A DNA stretch of 64,000 nt from a virus (IMGVR_UViG_3300012982_000018:2423-66422), one strand, 5' to 3'; shown: positions 18,893 to 29,632, numbered from the stretch's first letter. Notes: generated from the letters alone by a model not told the origin. Numbers and translations are program-made.

Positions 18893-21800
18893 TCATCCAC
18901 ATTTCGAAGCACCGCAAGCTGTGCACTTTACACATCCTTCTTGATAAACAAGGCTATTATCTTGTCCACAAGACCAGCAGGTTTTCTCTCCTGTGGCTTT
19001 AGTACCATCCTCTATATAGCTCTTTATCACTCTAGAAATAACTCTAGAAAATGATTGCATATCCGAGTGTTTGTCCTTCTGCAGCTGTTCGACTAGAAAT
19101 TGCAACGGAATTCCATGGCGCAAAGATAGGGATAGCATCCTAGTAAATGCCCCGTGCACCTTATTCTCAAAAACAGCTACGATGTCTTTAATGAGCAATT
19201 CGTCATCTGCAAGAGGAATGCGGAGGTTGTAGGTGGCTACCCCATCTTTCTTTCCATTCTTGGCAATAACACCTGTTTTAGCTTTTTTAGGAATTTCAAT
19301 GTGTTCGGATAGCCCGCAAAATACCTCATACGGGCGGCCCTCTAGGAGCCCTATGAGAACGACATATGTTTCTCCCTTGACGGTGACCCTATGAATGTCG
19401 CAAGGCAGCTCCTTGGGACGTTTATGGCTATCTGCAACAGGGAGCAACCAAGACTTGACCTCCTCAATATAGGTTAGATACCCTGCGGGTATATGCTGCC
19501 TATGCTTTTCGCTTATTCTAACATTCTCAAGCAGCTCTTCTTTAGGGATTCCTTGTAGTCTAGTATGTAAATCAAATGTAACGTTAGCAGTCGATACCAA
19601 AACTCCCTCTCGCGACCCCTCTCGATAAATAGTAAAGCCCTTACATCCGGATTTCCACGCCTCCAGATAGCATTTTGAAACTACAGCGTGGCTGACATTT
19701 TTAGGCATGTTACACGTACGCGAGATCGAATGGTCGATACTTTCCTGCGCCGCCGCCTGTAGCCTCACAGAGTTCTCCCAATCAATTTCTGCTGATGTGG
19801 CCCCAGCATAAGGCGATACCTCTACATCTGTTGTCCCAGACATACGCGCCCATTCGTTAAACCAATGGTGGTATACGGTAAAATGCGTCCAGGAGTCACC
19901 CAACGCATCGGTATGGTCAACCTTGGCTGTGGTTTCACCTGCATTTATTTTCTTTCGTCTCATGTATGAAAGAGCATACACAGGTTCAATGCCGCTTGTC
20001 GTTTGTGTTAGTGTAGAAACGGACCCAACGGGGGCTGTCGTCGTAAGTGCAATGTTCCTTCTACCGAACTTTAGCCACTTCGACTTCAATCCACGATCTC
20101 CGCCTATTATACTATTTAGATACTTGTGACTCTTTTCCAGTTCGTAATCAAATGCAGGAAATGCGCCTCGTTCCTCTGCCATCTCGATTGAGGCCCGGTG
20201 CGCACCAAGACCAAGAGCCGCATATATCTTCCGTGTCCATTCCACCGACTCGATACTACCATAGCGAACACCCAGCATGGCCAGGGCGTCTCCTAACCCA
20301 GTGATACCTAATCCAGTACGTCTACCCCTTTCACAGGTGGATCGGACCTTAGTCCACCAGTCTAACTCGACCCTCTTTTGAGCAAGAGGCTCGGGGTCGC
20401 TCTCTACTTTGGCAATGATTTTATCCAACGCTTCTAACTCTAGGTCGATGAGGTCGTCCATGAGTCGTTGAGCTTTGCGGACAACACCAGAAAAGGCGTC
20501 AAAATCGAAATACGCTTCTTTGGAAAAATAGTTTTTAACAAAATGCGTAAGATCCACCACCATTAACCGGCAGCTATCTCCAGAATTAAGGGGGATCTCC
20601 CCACATTGTGGTACATATACCCCTGTGTGGGATACTCCTTCGCTTTCTTTGTCTGAGGAACGCGTAATCACTGCCAACGTGTGATTGTCGTCTACAGTCA
20701 GGTTATAGACGGTATGTAGGCCAGGGAGGTCTTCTACACGTCTAACCTTATGATTGTAATTGTTCCCAGCTTCTCGTACTTCTTCGTAATTCTGATACCC
20801 GAACTTAGTTTTTACTCTGTTGGTGAGCCCTTCTTCTCTGCAGCCCTGCTCCCATTCTTGCATCAGTGGTTCACGGCCAAATTTAAACTTCAGCGCTGAA
20901 AAGACCTTCGCCTGATTTCGCTTTAGTTCTATTGAATGTTTTTCATAGGTAGCGACTGTCTTACTAGACCCGGCGCGCTTCAAGTCTTCGTTCGTATTCC
21001 TTTTTTCTAGCGCGCAAGTTAGCGAGCAGAAACCTTGTTCGCGGTGAGCATGATCGATCTCGAAAGACTTTTTACAATGCTCGCACGCCTTCGTAACGAA
21101 AACACAGCCATCAATTATCTTCGGTTCATAACCTTGACCGAGCATGTCTTGAAAGGTCTTCACAACTCTAGGGTCTTCCTCTAGGTTCTCAATACCGAGG
21201 GAGTTCGCTACCTGAACTGCAAGGTCAGTAACAGAACCAAATTCGTCTTTTCTGAACTTGGAGAAGTTCTGCGGAAGCTCATGCTCGGCCGCATAGGCAA
21301 GCCACTCCTTGCTGGAGAAGCGCCTACCTAGAGATTTAGTGAGCGATAGCGCATGTGTACGAATTTCTTCGTGCGTATAACCAGAATACCTACCGTTCTG
21401 CTCTCCGGGGCGTGCGTCTTCCCTCGCATGCAGTTCCTTGTGGTCCTTCCAGGTCATTACCTGCAGATTTTCCGGAGAGTTGTTCAAGCCGTTTCGATCC
21501 TTATGGTGGACTACAAGGCCGCCCGTCTTCGTAAATCCTGTGGATTTACCACGATCGTAAGTTTCTTCCCACAGCTCCGGATAAAAAAACTTAGCTATCA
21601 GCCTATGCTCGAATATCTTGTCTATATCCGGCACGCGCACATCACAATACGCACGATAGTAGAGTTTACCTTCCCCGTTCTTTACGCGGTCTCTGGACTT
21701 CGTGAACCGCGGCAGCGATGTACCAGGTTCAAGGTCTTTGGCCTCAACTTCTGCTCCCTCCAACGTGATAAACTTATGATTTGGAGTCACATCTACAAAG

Positions 21801-22960
21801 GAACCATCGTCTAGGTGCACACGAAGGAGACGCTGGGCATACCCAGTAATTCTTGGATTACGGCCCCACTTGATAGATACTTTCCCTGTCAAAGAGTCCA
21901 CGCTATAGACGGGAACATCTTTACCTTCTTCGGCTAGTTGCCGAATAGGCACCGCATTTCGCCCATCCGCAGTGGCGATGAGTGTTTCCCCTGAAAAACA
22001 AGGATTAGTGCTTACCGACTTATACTCAGGATAAATATCGGCAGGGCCGTTATTCAGTATGTTGTCTTGAAATAGAATTCCGGGTTCGGCGCTGTCCCAC
22101 GCCGAATCTATGATTTGCTCCCAAATGTCACGTGCACGCACTGTTCTCTTTATCTTGGCTTGATCGACAGGAACATCCACCGGCCATTGAAGCGTAAAAT
22201 CACCATCTGCTTCCACAGCGCGCATGAACTCATCAGTCAGCATTATTGAGACGTTAGCACCGGTAACTTTCAGCTTGTCTCGCTTGATGTGAATAAAAGT
22301 CTCAATCTCAGGGTGCTTTACTGAGATTGTCAGCATTAGAGCGCCTCTTCTCGATCCTTGACCTACTTCGCGAGTGGAACGAGAGTAACGCTCCATAAAT
22401 AGAGCTATACCATCGGTAGTTTCTGACGAATTTGCCGTGGCGAGTCCTCGCGGTCTTATGTTCGAAAGATCAATCCCGCAGCCACCGCGGCGCTTGCTTG
22501 TTTCGACAAGTTGCGCATCTACATACATAATAGAACTATAAGCATCTAACGGCTTATCCAGAACAAAACAGTTCGAGGTCGATTGAATCTTAAATGGATT
22601 ACCTACCCCAGACATGGGGCTACCCTGCGGAACTACAGGACCCATACCCAAACGTCCTGGCTTTTTCGCAAGAAGAGTGTAGATCTCTTCTTCAGTCATG
22701 GCATTCGGATACTTTGACTCTATTCTTGCGAACTCTTTTGCCAAACGCCTATGCATATCTGCAGGGGTTTTCTCCAAGTAAGCGCCCTCTGGATTCTTGA
22801 GGGCGTACTTTTTTACCCAGACTGACGCTGCTAACTCATCTCCGTCGAAATACGCAACCGAGGCCTCCATGACCTCTTCATATGTAAAAGTTTTTCGTTT
22901 CGATTTAGCATTCTCAGAAATAGAAATATCCTGCGACGGCAAAGTCACACTACGATCCAT
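18893..22960 (-). CDS. nrdJ: Class II (adenosylcobalamin) ribonucleotide reductase with an intein (890 aa after splicing)
   Basis: PQGSPM, STSNCFV, RRGALM, STNP|CGEIPL, IAxAPVGSVS-like TTAPVGSVS, SGIEP; C-terminal TSCPD-like region and zinc ribbon; no small-subunit gene in the window. Confidence 0.9.
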   Translation of the reverse strand: MDRSVTLPSQDISISENAKSKRKTFTYEEVMEASVAYFDGDELAASVWVKKYALKNPEGAYLEKTPADMHRRLAKEFARIESKYPNAMTEEEIYTLLAKKPGRLGMGPVVPQGSPMSGVGNPFKIQSTSNCFVLDKPLDAYSSIMYVDAQLVETSKRRGGCGIDLSNIRPRGLATANSSETTDGIALFMERYSRSTREVGQGSRRGALMLTISVKHPEIETFIHIKRDKLKVTGANVSIMLTDEFMRAVEADGDFTLQWPVDVPVDQAKIKRTVRARDIWEQIIDSAWDSAEPGILFQDNILNNGPADIYPEYKSVSTNPCFSGETLIATADGRNAVPIRQLAEEGKDVPVYSVDSLTGKVSIKWGRNPRITGYAQRLLRVHLDDGSFVDVTPNHKFITLEGAEVEAKDLEPGTSLPRFTKSRDRVKNGEGKLYYRAYCDVRVPDIDKIFEHRLIAKFFYPELWEETYDRGKSTGFTKTGGLVVHHKDRNGLNNSPENLQVMTWKDHKELHAREDARPGEQNGRYSGYTHEEIRTHALSLTKSLGRRFSSKEWLAYAAEHELPQNFSKFRKDEFGSVTDLAVQVANSLGIENLEEDPRVVKTFQDMLGQGYEPKIIDGCVFVTKACEHCKKSFEIDHAHREQGFCSLTCALEKRNTNEDLKRAGSSKTVATYEKHSIELKRNQAKVFSALKFKFGREPLMQEWEQGCREEGLTNRVKTKFGYQNYEEVREAGNNYNHKVRRVEDLPGLHTVYNLTVDDNHTLAVITRSSDKESEGVSHTGVYVPQCGEIPLNSGDSCRLMVVDLTHFVKNYFSKEAYFDFDAFSGVVRKAQRLMDDLIDLELEALDKIIAKVESDPEPLAQKRVELDWWTKVRSTCERGRRTGLGITGLGDALAMLGVRYGSIESVEWTRKIYAALGLGAHRASIEMAEERGAFPAFDYELEKSHKYLNSIIGGDRGLKSKWLKFGRRNIALTTTAPVGSVSTLTQTTSGIEPVYALSYMRRKKINAGETTAKVDHTDALGDSWTHFTVYHHWFNEWARMSGTTDVEVSPYAGATSAEIDWENSVRLQAAAQESIDHSISRTCNMPKNVSHAVVSKCYLEAWKSGCKGFTIYREGSREGVLVSTANVTFDLHTRLQGIPKEELLENVRISEKHRQHIPAGYLTYIEEVKSWLLPVADSHKRPKELPCDIHRVTVKGETYVVLIGLLEGRPYEVFCGLSEHIEIPKKAKTGVIAKNGKKDGVATYNLRIPLADDELLIKDIVAVFENKVHGAFTRMLSLSLRHGIPLQFLVEQLQKDKHSDMQSFSRVISRVIKSYIEDGTKATGEKTCWSCGQDNSLVYQEGCVKCTACGASKCG
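20606..22000 (-). mobile_element. Gln-terminated intein in the RNR active site (465 aa) with an HNH endonuclease
   Basis: Starts CFSGETLI, block B TPNH, VVHHKDRNGLNNSPENL, ends GVYVPQ, +1 Cys of the NPCGE motif. Confidence 0.9.
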
Positions 22961-22983
22961 TTGTAAATTCCTCGACCCTTAAG

Positions 22984-23691
22984 TTAGGAAGCTAGGCTGA
23001 TTTCCTCAAGCATCTCGTAGTCGAGATCAAGCTCGGCTATGGATACACCAGGACTGGCTGCATCAAAATCTCCCGCAACTTTGTAACGTACGGGTATACA
23101 ACCATGGAGTATGTAAGCCTTCGCAGGAACACGTCCAATTTGATCAAACGGACCGATGCTGAAACCGTCCCCTCCTATTAGCCCAGGGACTTTACCAAGG
23201 AATTGCTGGTTGAACAAACCTATCGCACCGGCGAAATCATTCCCCAGTCCGGCAGAGGCGCCGGCCAACGCTACTGTACCTAGAATTCCTAGGAGGTCGT
23301 CAGTAGTTGTCCTAGAAAAAAAGTGCAACAACATCATCGTCCGCCTCGGAGTTGAACCACCAACTCTTAAAATTGGAAGACCGTTTATTTGAAAACCCTG
23401 AGTATTTCCAGTAATGCCGGCAGTCATCCACCGATCAAAATCAGAATCGAAAAACTTAACTCCCCTCGTAAGAGTTATCCTATTGACCGAAGCATTCTGA
23501 ATTACTTTTTTGCTGAAGTACCAGTTGGCTTCCCTAATCTCTTTTGTGGTAATGGTAATTTCAGGCGCGCGTATAGATTGGAAGCCCAAAGTTGGCAAAA
23601 AAATTGGTAGAGCGAATGCGTCAATAGGCGCAACGTCTACCAACCAGAAAGCATATTGTTGTAAAGGCTCCGAGATCCTAGAATAAGACAT
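22984..23691 (-). CDS. Second gp19-like tail tube / tube initiator
   Basis: GFQSIRAPEITI...IREANW, ITLTRGV, C-terminal DFDAASPGVSIAELDLDYE; Gly-rich insertion. Confidence 0.75.
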   Translation of the reverse strand: MSYSRISEPLQQYAFWLVDVAPIDAFALPIFLPTLGFQSIRAPEITITTKEIREANWYFSKKVIQNASVNRITLTRGVKFFDSDFDRWMTAGITGNTQGFQINGLPILRVGGSTPRRTMMLLHFFSRTTTDDLLGILGTVALAGASAGLGNDFAGAIGLFNQQFLGKVPGLIGGDGFSIGPFDQIGRVPAKAYILHGCIPVRYKVAGDFDAASPGVSIAELDLDYEMLEEISLAS

Positions 23692-23736
23692 ATTGGTCCT
23701 ACAAGGATACCACGGAGCCTCTAAAACTACTAGGTA

Positions 23737-24279
23737 TCAGGGCGTTGTATCTTCGATGTCGAAGTACTCGTATGCAATATCTACTTGCGCAATCGAGACC
23801 TCGGCAGCATTGGCATCCAAGTCCGTAGCTATTTTAACATGCTGCGGTATCGCATTGTACACGTGGTAAATACGAGATGCCTTTACATCGCCCGGATCCT
23901 TGAGCGAATCAATGGTGCCATCCGTTACAGGAAGACCCGCATAGTCCGACTTATGGAAGTGAGAAATATCAAGGTCCACACGGTATTCGTTTGCACCTTG
24001 AATCGCCGACTTCACCCATAGGAAGAAGGCAGTATCTTTCTTAGCCACACCTCGGGAAATCGAGATGTCAGCCATGGTCGGGATTCCAGGAAACTTCCTC
24101 GTGTAGAGGTAGTGGCCCTCACGATACTCAACGGCGCCAACAGTTAGATCGGGCGTCGTGCAAGTCGTAAATCCCGCCTGGAAAGACGGCTGCAACGGGT
24201 CCTTGCCGCCACCTGCTGGGGTGGCGACAATCATGAACCTCATTGAGTGGAAGTAGTCCGCCGAAACTGAACGAGCCAT
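23737..24279 (-). CDS. Tail tube protein (T4 gp19 / Afp1-like)
   Basis: AGFTTCTTP...EYREG...RKFPG..T.ADISISRGV, LDANAAEVSIAQVDIAYE. Confidence 0.9.
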   Translation of the reverse strand: MARSVSADYFHSMRFMIVATPAGGGKDPLQPSFQAGFTTCTTPDLTVGAVEYREGHYLYTRKFPGIPTMADISISRGVAKKDTAFFLWVKSAIQGANEYRVDLDISHFHKSDYAGLPVTDGTIDSLKDPGDVKASRIYHVYNAIPQHVKIATDLDANAAEVSIAQVDIAYEYFDIEDTTP

Positions 24280-24329
24280 CTAATATTTTCCCTATGAAGC
24301 TAAGAATTGCAGGATCATAGTCCTACTAA

Positions 24330-24947
24330 TTAGGACTCGATCCTTGCAAGTACGTAAACTTCGCCTGCGACCCCATTGTCGCTTCTGCGAACGAAGAGCC
24401 CCGCCGAAGCTCCAGGCGTAGCGACCGCAGTCGCTGTAACAGAGACCGCAAGGCCATTGCGTCCCGTTGCCGCGCTCCCAATGCTCGCAAGCAGTGTTCC
24501 GGCACCCGCCGCAGCCGTACGCACCGCCAGGGTAGAGGCGGCAACCGCTGTACCGACAAGCGCCCAAGCGTCGATGACGCGGAACTTGAACGGCAGTGTA
24601 TTTACCGCGTATACCGTGATGTCATCCGCAGCACCACCTGCGCCGGCAGCAAAGGCGGTACGGATGATGACGAGACCCGCCGCGGCATCTGTGCTGGCTA
24701 CAGGCGCCATATCTACGGCTTGAACCGAAGCCGGTGCCTGCTGAAGACCTGAACTTAGCTCGGAGGCCGAATAAACCACCGAGAGGCTTACAGCTGAAGC
24801 AGCCATCTGCGCCTGAAGCGAGGCCATGCGCGGAAGATCCGATGCGGCACGAGTTACCGAAATCGAGTTGCTCGCCGGTACCTTTGCGTAGAGGTCCGAT
24901 AGCCAGATGTCCGAAGTCGTAAGGTTTGTTATCGTAAGAGTTGCCAT
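24330..24947 (-). CDS. Putative virion decoration protein with the shared N-terminal module
   Basis: ITNLTTSDIWLSDLYAKVPASNSISV N-terminus, Ala-rich beta-sandwich-like C-half; between sheath and tube; 19-nt motif upstream. Confidence 0.6.
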   Translation of the reverse strand: MATLTITNLTTSDIWLSDLYAKVPASNSISVTRAASDLPRMASLQAQMAASAVSLSVVYSASELSSGLQQAPASVQAVDMAPVASTDAAAGLVIIRTAFAAGAGGAADDITVYAVNTLPFKFRVIDAWALVGTAVAASTLAVRTAAAGAGTLLASIGSAATGRNGLAVSVTATAVATPGASAGLFVRRSDNGVAGEVYVLARIES

Positions 24948-24985
24948 TAGCTTATTCTATTACCTTTGTAATAAAGTTTATTTGA

Positions 24986-27574
24986 TTATGTTAGAGTCTT
25001 TTGCGACAGAGTGAACACTACGAACTCAGCCGGCCTATTAGGAGCGACTGCTACCTTTATATTCACCACGCCTTGGTTAATGGTATCGGCCGTATTGTTA
25101 GAGTCATCTACAATGACTAGGAAGGCCTGACTTGGGCTATTTCCTGCAAAGTAGTTGTCGTTGAACAACGGTAGCAAGAAGCCGTTGATTTGCGCTTTAA
25201 TACGCGCCCACAACCCCGAGCCGTTGTTCTCGAAAACGATCCAGAAGGTAGCATTGTAAATGCTCTTCTCTAGGAACATAAAGAGACGACGAGCGTTGAC
25301 GTACTTCCAATCCGAATTGGTCGAGATGGTACGAACACCCCAAACCGCTACACCCGTTTGCGGGGAGGAGATCAAGGGATTGATCTTGTTTGGATAAACA
25401 AGGTCGCGCTCTCCCTGCGTCGGAATTATTTCAAGCCCGAGCAAGAAGTTGAGAGCGCCATCAATCGTACCACCAGGCGCCTTTCCTACATTCTTCGTCA
25501 CATCCGTACGAGCATAAACACCCGCAACGTGCCCAAGAGGAGGCATCGTAAGAGGACGGTTGTTGGAGTTGGGATCTGCAACCTTCACCCACGGCCAGTA
25601 GAGCGCCGCAAAGTCCGAGAAACGACCCAAGGTGAATCGGAACCAATCCGAAGCCTGTTGCGCAGTCGATCCCTTCGGAACCGTCAATATGATAAAACGG
25701 TCTCCACCAGACGGAGCCGATGCGCGGCTGGCCGCGTAATCTAGAAGGTCTCCCGTAACCGTCACATCTCCGGCAAAGTCCGGAACGATTACCTGAAGGA
25801 TCTCATCTACACGATTTAGGGCGTAAAGGCCCTTGTATGCCGCAGATAGCGTCGGCGAAGTGAACTGCGAACGGCTAAAGTGCGTGCTGTTGAAAGTACC
25901 ATCGGTACCCGCCGTATAGGCCTTTGTCGAATCTCCTGCAATCTCGCTATGTGTTGCTTCGACCGCCGCCTGGTGATAAGAGGCAACAACAAGCGTACCG
26001 CCCTTGATAGGCTGACTCGCTTTGAAGTTGAAAGCCCCCGTCGTGTAGCTCATCGCGTTACCGTTGAGCGTCACTCCTCCTACCGTCACTGTTGTGACGT
26101 ACGAAGCGTCGACATCCCCGATTAGGTTACCAGCACCATCATCCGTAACCGTACGAGCCGTTCCAGTCGTATCCGTATATGAAATTACGACCGATCGGCT
26201 TGCTAGCGGTCCCCCTGTAAGAACAGTGTTCGTGCTGGCAGCCGCACTGGTTAGAATCTGGTCCGCAACGATCGCATCACCACCGGCAATTACCTTGCTA
26301 CGCGCCACACCGTTAAGCTGCGCCACTACTTCATTCGAGTCAGGAGACGCAATCGAGACCAGGCTCGAAAGCGAATTTACAACATCCGGGAAGTAAAGAG
26401 CATCTGTAGGCGTGTCAAAGTCCAGGCTTTCGTAGTGCTCGACAATCGTGTACGCGCCCGTAGAGTCCTTCATTAGTACGTTGACATCGTACTTCGAATA
26501 GGAACTCGTGGTGGAAACATAGCTGTCGGCATTGCCCTTTACATCGATACGAAGGTTATTTCCCCATGTACCCGCAGAGATGGGGTTGACATCCCAAGCA
26601 TTGATCTTGTACGTGGCTACAATAGGCATCTGGTTTGCGGGCTGGTTTCCCGCAGCCATCGTAAGCGAGTACGCACCAGTAGCATAGGTAATGGTTCCTG
26701 CAGTGACGTCGCCGCTAAGCGTTCCTCCGCCTGTAGGGTCGGAAGCTACTTTGGTCACACTCGCCGGTGTGAAGTCCATCGTAAAGTTCCCAGTGTCAGC
26801 AACACCAGGAACTTTCGCGCCCGTAGTAAGAACGGACAGACGACCCGTACGATGGTCCAAAGTAGCCGTAGTCTGGTCTGGAGCCACTCCAGTCGTAACA
26901 GTAACAATCGAAGAAGTTCCTACCGGGATTGCGACTGTCTGCAATCCACCTACGGTCAGCGTAAACTTAAGGGTGGCCGTACCTCTAACAACAGAGTCTA
27001 GGGCGGGATCGTAGGCAGGAAGCGTCGTAGGATCGATTGTCCCTTCGTAAGCAGCCTGACTCGGCACCATTACAAGGTTCGTTACGCCATCTCGTTTCTT
27101 GAGAATACCCGCAACAACAGGGGTTCCAGCCGCGCGCCAACGGAATGTATTCGTTGAAAGCGCACCGGAAACGATAGGAGAAGCCCCACCGTGAACTTTT
27201 AGGGGGGTCGTTAGGGCGGTTTCGGTGAACGACGTTGTTACACCGTCACCCGTCTCAACAACTTGGTCCGTGATGAGAGACTGAAGCTTAGCGTCTGCCG
27301 CCACAGCATCGTCAGGAACAACACGAACAACATAGCAACGTCGTCCACCGTTGGCGAAGAACGCAGCAACCGATAGACCTACATAGGATAGCTTAGAAAT
27401 TTGTCCGAAGGTTTGAACAAACTGATTGAAGCTCGTAACGAGCGTAGCCTTGTCCGTGGGACCGCTGGCGGTAAAACCCACAATCGCCATGGTCGAGGTC
27501 GAGACCGGACCAACCACCTGTACCTGCGAAGGAGCCTCTTGGATAAATACCCCAGGGCTTAGTAGTTCTGCCAT
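24986..27574 (-). CDS. Contractile tail sheath (gp18-like) with a large insertion
   Basis: SPGVFIQE, AIVGFTASGP, FFANGGRRCYVVRV, PPLGHVAGVYARTD, KAPGG, WGVRT, RRLF, PAEFV. Confidence 0.95.
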   Translation of the reverse strand: MAELLSPGVFIQEAPSQVQVVGPVSTSTMAIVGFTASGPTDKATLVTSFNQFVQTFGQISKLSYVGLSVAAFFANGGRRCYVVRVVPDDAVAADAKLQSLITDQVVETGDGVTTSFTETALTTPLKVHGGASPIVSGALSTNTFRWRAAGTPVVAGILKKRDGVTNLVMVPSQAAYEGTIDPTTLPAYDPALDSVVRGTATLKFTLTVGGLQTVAIPVGTSSIVTVTTGVAPDQTTATLDHRTGRLSVLTTGAKVPGVADTGNFTMDFTPASVTKVASDPTGGGTLSGDVTAGTITYATGAYSLTMAAGNQPANQMPIVATYKINAWDVNPISAGTWGNNLRIDVKGNADSYVSTTSSYSKYDVNVLMKDSTGAYTIVEHYESLDFDTPTDALYFPDVVNSLSSLVSIASPDSNEVVAQLNGVARSKVIAGGDAIVADQILTSAAASTNTVLTGGPLASRSVVISYTDTTGTARTVTDDGAGNLIGDVDASYVTTVTVGGVTLNGNAMSYTTGAFNFKASQPIKGGTLVVASYHQAAVEATHSEIAGDSTKAYTAGTDGTFNSTHFSRSQFTSPTLSAAYKGLYALNRVDEILQVIVPDFAGDVTVTGDLLDYAASRASAPSGGDRFIILTVPKGSTAQQASDWFRFTLGRFSDFAALYWPWVKVADPNSNNRPLTMPPLGHVAGVYARTDVTKNVGKAPGGTIDGALNFLLGLEIIPTQGERDLVYPNKINPLISSPQTGVAVWGVRTISTNSDWKYVNARRLFMFLEKSIYNATFWIVFENNGSGLWARIKAQINGFLLPLFNDNYFAGNSPSQAFLVIVDDSNNTADTINQGVVNIKVAVAPNRPAEFVVFTLSQKTLT

Positions 27575-27670
27575 CGAATTATAATTCTCCGCCTTAAGAA
27601 AGCTCGTGACCGGTTGAGTTTAGAGGGGGTAACTACGCCCTCTATAAGCAATTTCGATTTTAAGAAGGCT

Positions 27671-28018
27671 CTACTTCTTCTTAGTGCTCTTCTGATCCTT
27701 ATCTATAGCTGATGTTTTACTTTCGGGCAAGTCTGTCGAACTCTTAGTTTCGTCCTTCTTTTCTGAGTTATACCCATCAAGACTTATTACAACGGGGGCT
27801 CTTATTGATTTGTTGCTGTCCTCTTCTGCCGCAGCCTCAGGCTTCTCTGCAGTATCTTGCGGAATCAATACCAGAGTCCCACTACGGATATGCTGCATAA
27901 GACTAGCAGTCACCGGTCCGTCTATATCCACATAGAGCCGCGCGCCTACGATTATCGATTCGGTCGCCGAAAGAGTTACCGGAACGGCATGTGCCGTTTT
28001 ATTGTAGAATTTAGCCAT
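27671..28018 (-). CDS. Small hypothetical protein, possibly a distant relative of the shared N-terminal module
   Basis: 115 aa; YNKT...SLMQHIRSGTLVL resembles SVKAYINAGILSV; charged disordered tail. Confidence 0.55.
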   Translation of the reverse strand: MAKFYNKTAHAVPVTLSATESIIVGARLYVDIDGPVTASLMQHIRSGTLVLIPQDTAEKPEAAAEEDSNKSIRAPVVISLDGYNSEKKDETKSSTDLPESKTSAIDKDQKSTKKK

Positions 28019-28032
28019 AAGAATTGTTCCTA

Positions 28033-28797
28033 CTAAGTCTTCTTAACACTCCAGCTATATTTGGGCGGGACCGTAACGGTGTTGGTCTCCTGAGGAGTAT
28101 CGAAGTCCAATTCACCCTCTACTCTAAGAGTCAGTGCAAAACCGATGATTCTCTCTGAAACATTTAAAACATCATCTAGAGGAGCAATACCTTCCATGTA
28201 AGCTTGATAGGATCTTACATCTTGTACGCTGTCATTTACTATGACTAAACAGTAAGGTTGATATATTCTAGATATAGCCGAAAATATCCTACTAGCATGC
28301 AAACGGTCTTGCGCATCTCTACCCGTAGAGTAGATACTAATAGTATAGCCGATATCATAAGGAATGGCTTGTTTAAGACTTTCCGCTTTAGTAAATCCCG
28401 TTAGTACGGTCCCATCTGGTGCCGTAACGCTAAATTTAGAAGCGCTGACCGCTGCAGTCCTATATTGAGTCTGCAAGGGGCCTTGCCATCTGGACATGGC
28501 CGGATTTAGTGAGTCCCGCTGAACAATGACACAAGGAAAACGCTTTTTAGCAAATACATCTTCAGGATGTGAAAAAATGATAGGAACACCAGGATCTCCT
28601 GGAGGTCCGTCTACATCAGATAGCTTTAAAAAGTAATCGACATTGCCGCTAGCGCCCTTATCAACTACTCCACCCATTGTTTGGACAACACCAAGATCGA
28701 AGTCCCGGAGCGTGACTGTACCCGTACGGTCTTCCCCCAACGCTCGTCGTATGAATTGCGCCTTATCTTCCGGCGCGTCGTCAAAAGGATTACCCAC
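28033..28797 (-). CDS. Tail terminator / completion protein (gp15-like)
   Basis: Upstream of sheath; PCVIVQR, IPYDIGYTISIY, FALTLRVEG pattern. Confidence 0.6.
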   Translation of the reverse strand: MGNPFDDAPEDKAQFIRRALGEDRTGTVTLRDFDLGVVQTMGGVVDKGASGNVDYFLKLSDVDGPPGDPGVPIIFSHPEDVFAKKRFPCVIVQRDSLNPAMSRWQGPLQTQYRTAAVSASKFSVTAPDGTVLTGFTKAESLKQAIPYDIGYTISIYSTGRDAQDRLHASRIFSAISRIYQPYCLVIVNDSVQDVRSYQAYMEGIAPLDDVLNVSERIIGFALTLRVEGELDFDTPQETNTVTVPPKYSWSVKKT

Positions 28798-28806
28798 TTA
28801 GAACTC

Positions 28807-29631
28807 CTACTTGCTAACCTTAATTCTAACCTTATCTTCGAAACCTACGAATTTCTTCGCTTCATTCATGGATATAGATTGCTGGGTCTTTTCTGGCCAG
28901 CGCCCCCACAAGGAGAATTGAGGGTCTGTGAGCGTTTTTACTATGTTCTTGTCCTTCTCTAATATGAATTTCAGCTTCTGCTGCACTAGGGCCCTTTGGG
29001 CTGGCCGCCAGTGTGGAACGGGCTTTTGCCCTCCGACACCAAATTCCATACGAACAGCCTGAAGCGCCACGTCCGGCAAGTCCTTGGTCTTCCCTATTGT
29101 CGTATCTTTCTTAGGTATTCGTCTGACACCCACTTCTCTCAGCTCCTTAGTCCACTTATATCGGTCTCTTTGCCTGGCTTTTATGGTCTTATTTACCTCA
29201 GCCGGCGTAGACTTTCGATATGTGAGGATTGCATCGCTATTCTTAGGAAGGAAGGGGATAGAATCCGCCGTCCAAGGACTATAGCGTTCCAAGACCCCCG
29301 CATCTTCTGCGTCCTTTACTCTATTTGCCCGAACTCTTACATAGATAAGCGTTCTAGCTGTATCTACTTTCTTGACCCCCCTGGCGTTAGACCGCACATG
29401 AACGGCAAAGATATCCTCTCCCTTGCCCGCTCCTTGTACCTTAGAGACGGTAAGAGATCTACGATAAGTCTCGAATTCCTTTTTCGTTGGAATATTGGTT
29501 TTTACTAGCTCTAGGAATTGTTGTGAGGCCGAATAGGCTATGTGCCCTCGCAAGTGCTCTACACGTTTTGCTAGGGTTTTTAGGAGCTTCAGCGTCCGCT
29601 CCATCGAGGGGTCGGGTTTAACACTGAACAT
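28807..29631 (-). CDS. Basic hypothetical protein in the neck/tail-completion region
   Basis: 274 aa, RMEFG...HWRPA motif; contiguous in the operon. Confidence 0.6.
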   Translation of the reverse strand: MFSVKPDPSMERTLKLLKTLAKRVEHLRGHIAYSASQQFLELVKTNIPTKKEFETYRRSLTVSKVQGAGKGEDIFAVHVRSNARGVKKVDTARTLIYVRVRANRVKDAEDAGVLERYSPWTADSIPFLPKNSDAILTYRKSTPAEVNKTIKARQRDRYKWTKELREVGVRRIPKKDTTIGKTKDLPDVALQAVRMEFGVGGQKPVPHWRPAQRALVQQKLKFILEKDKNIVKTLTDPQFSLWGRWPEKTQQSISMNEAKKFVGFEDKVRIKVSK

Positions 29632-29632
29632 C

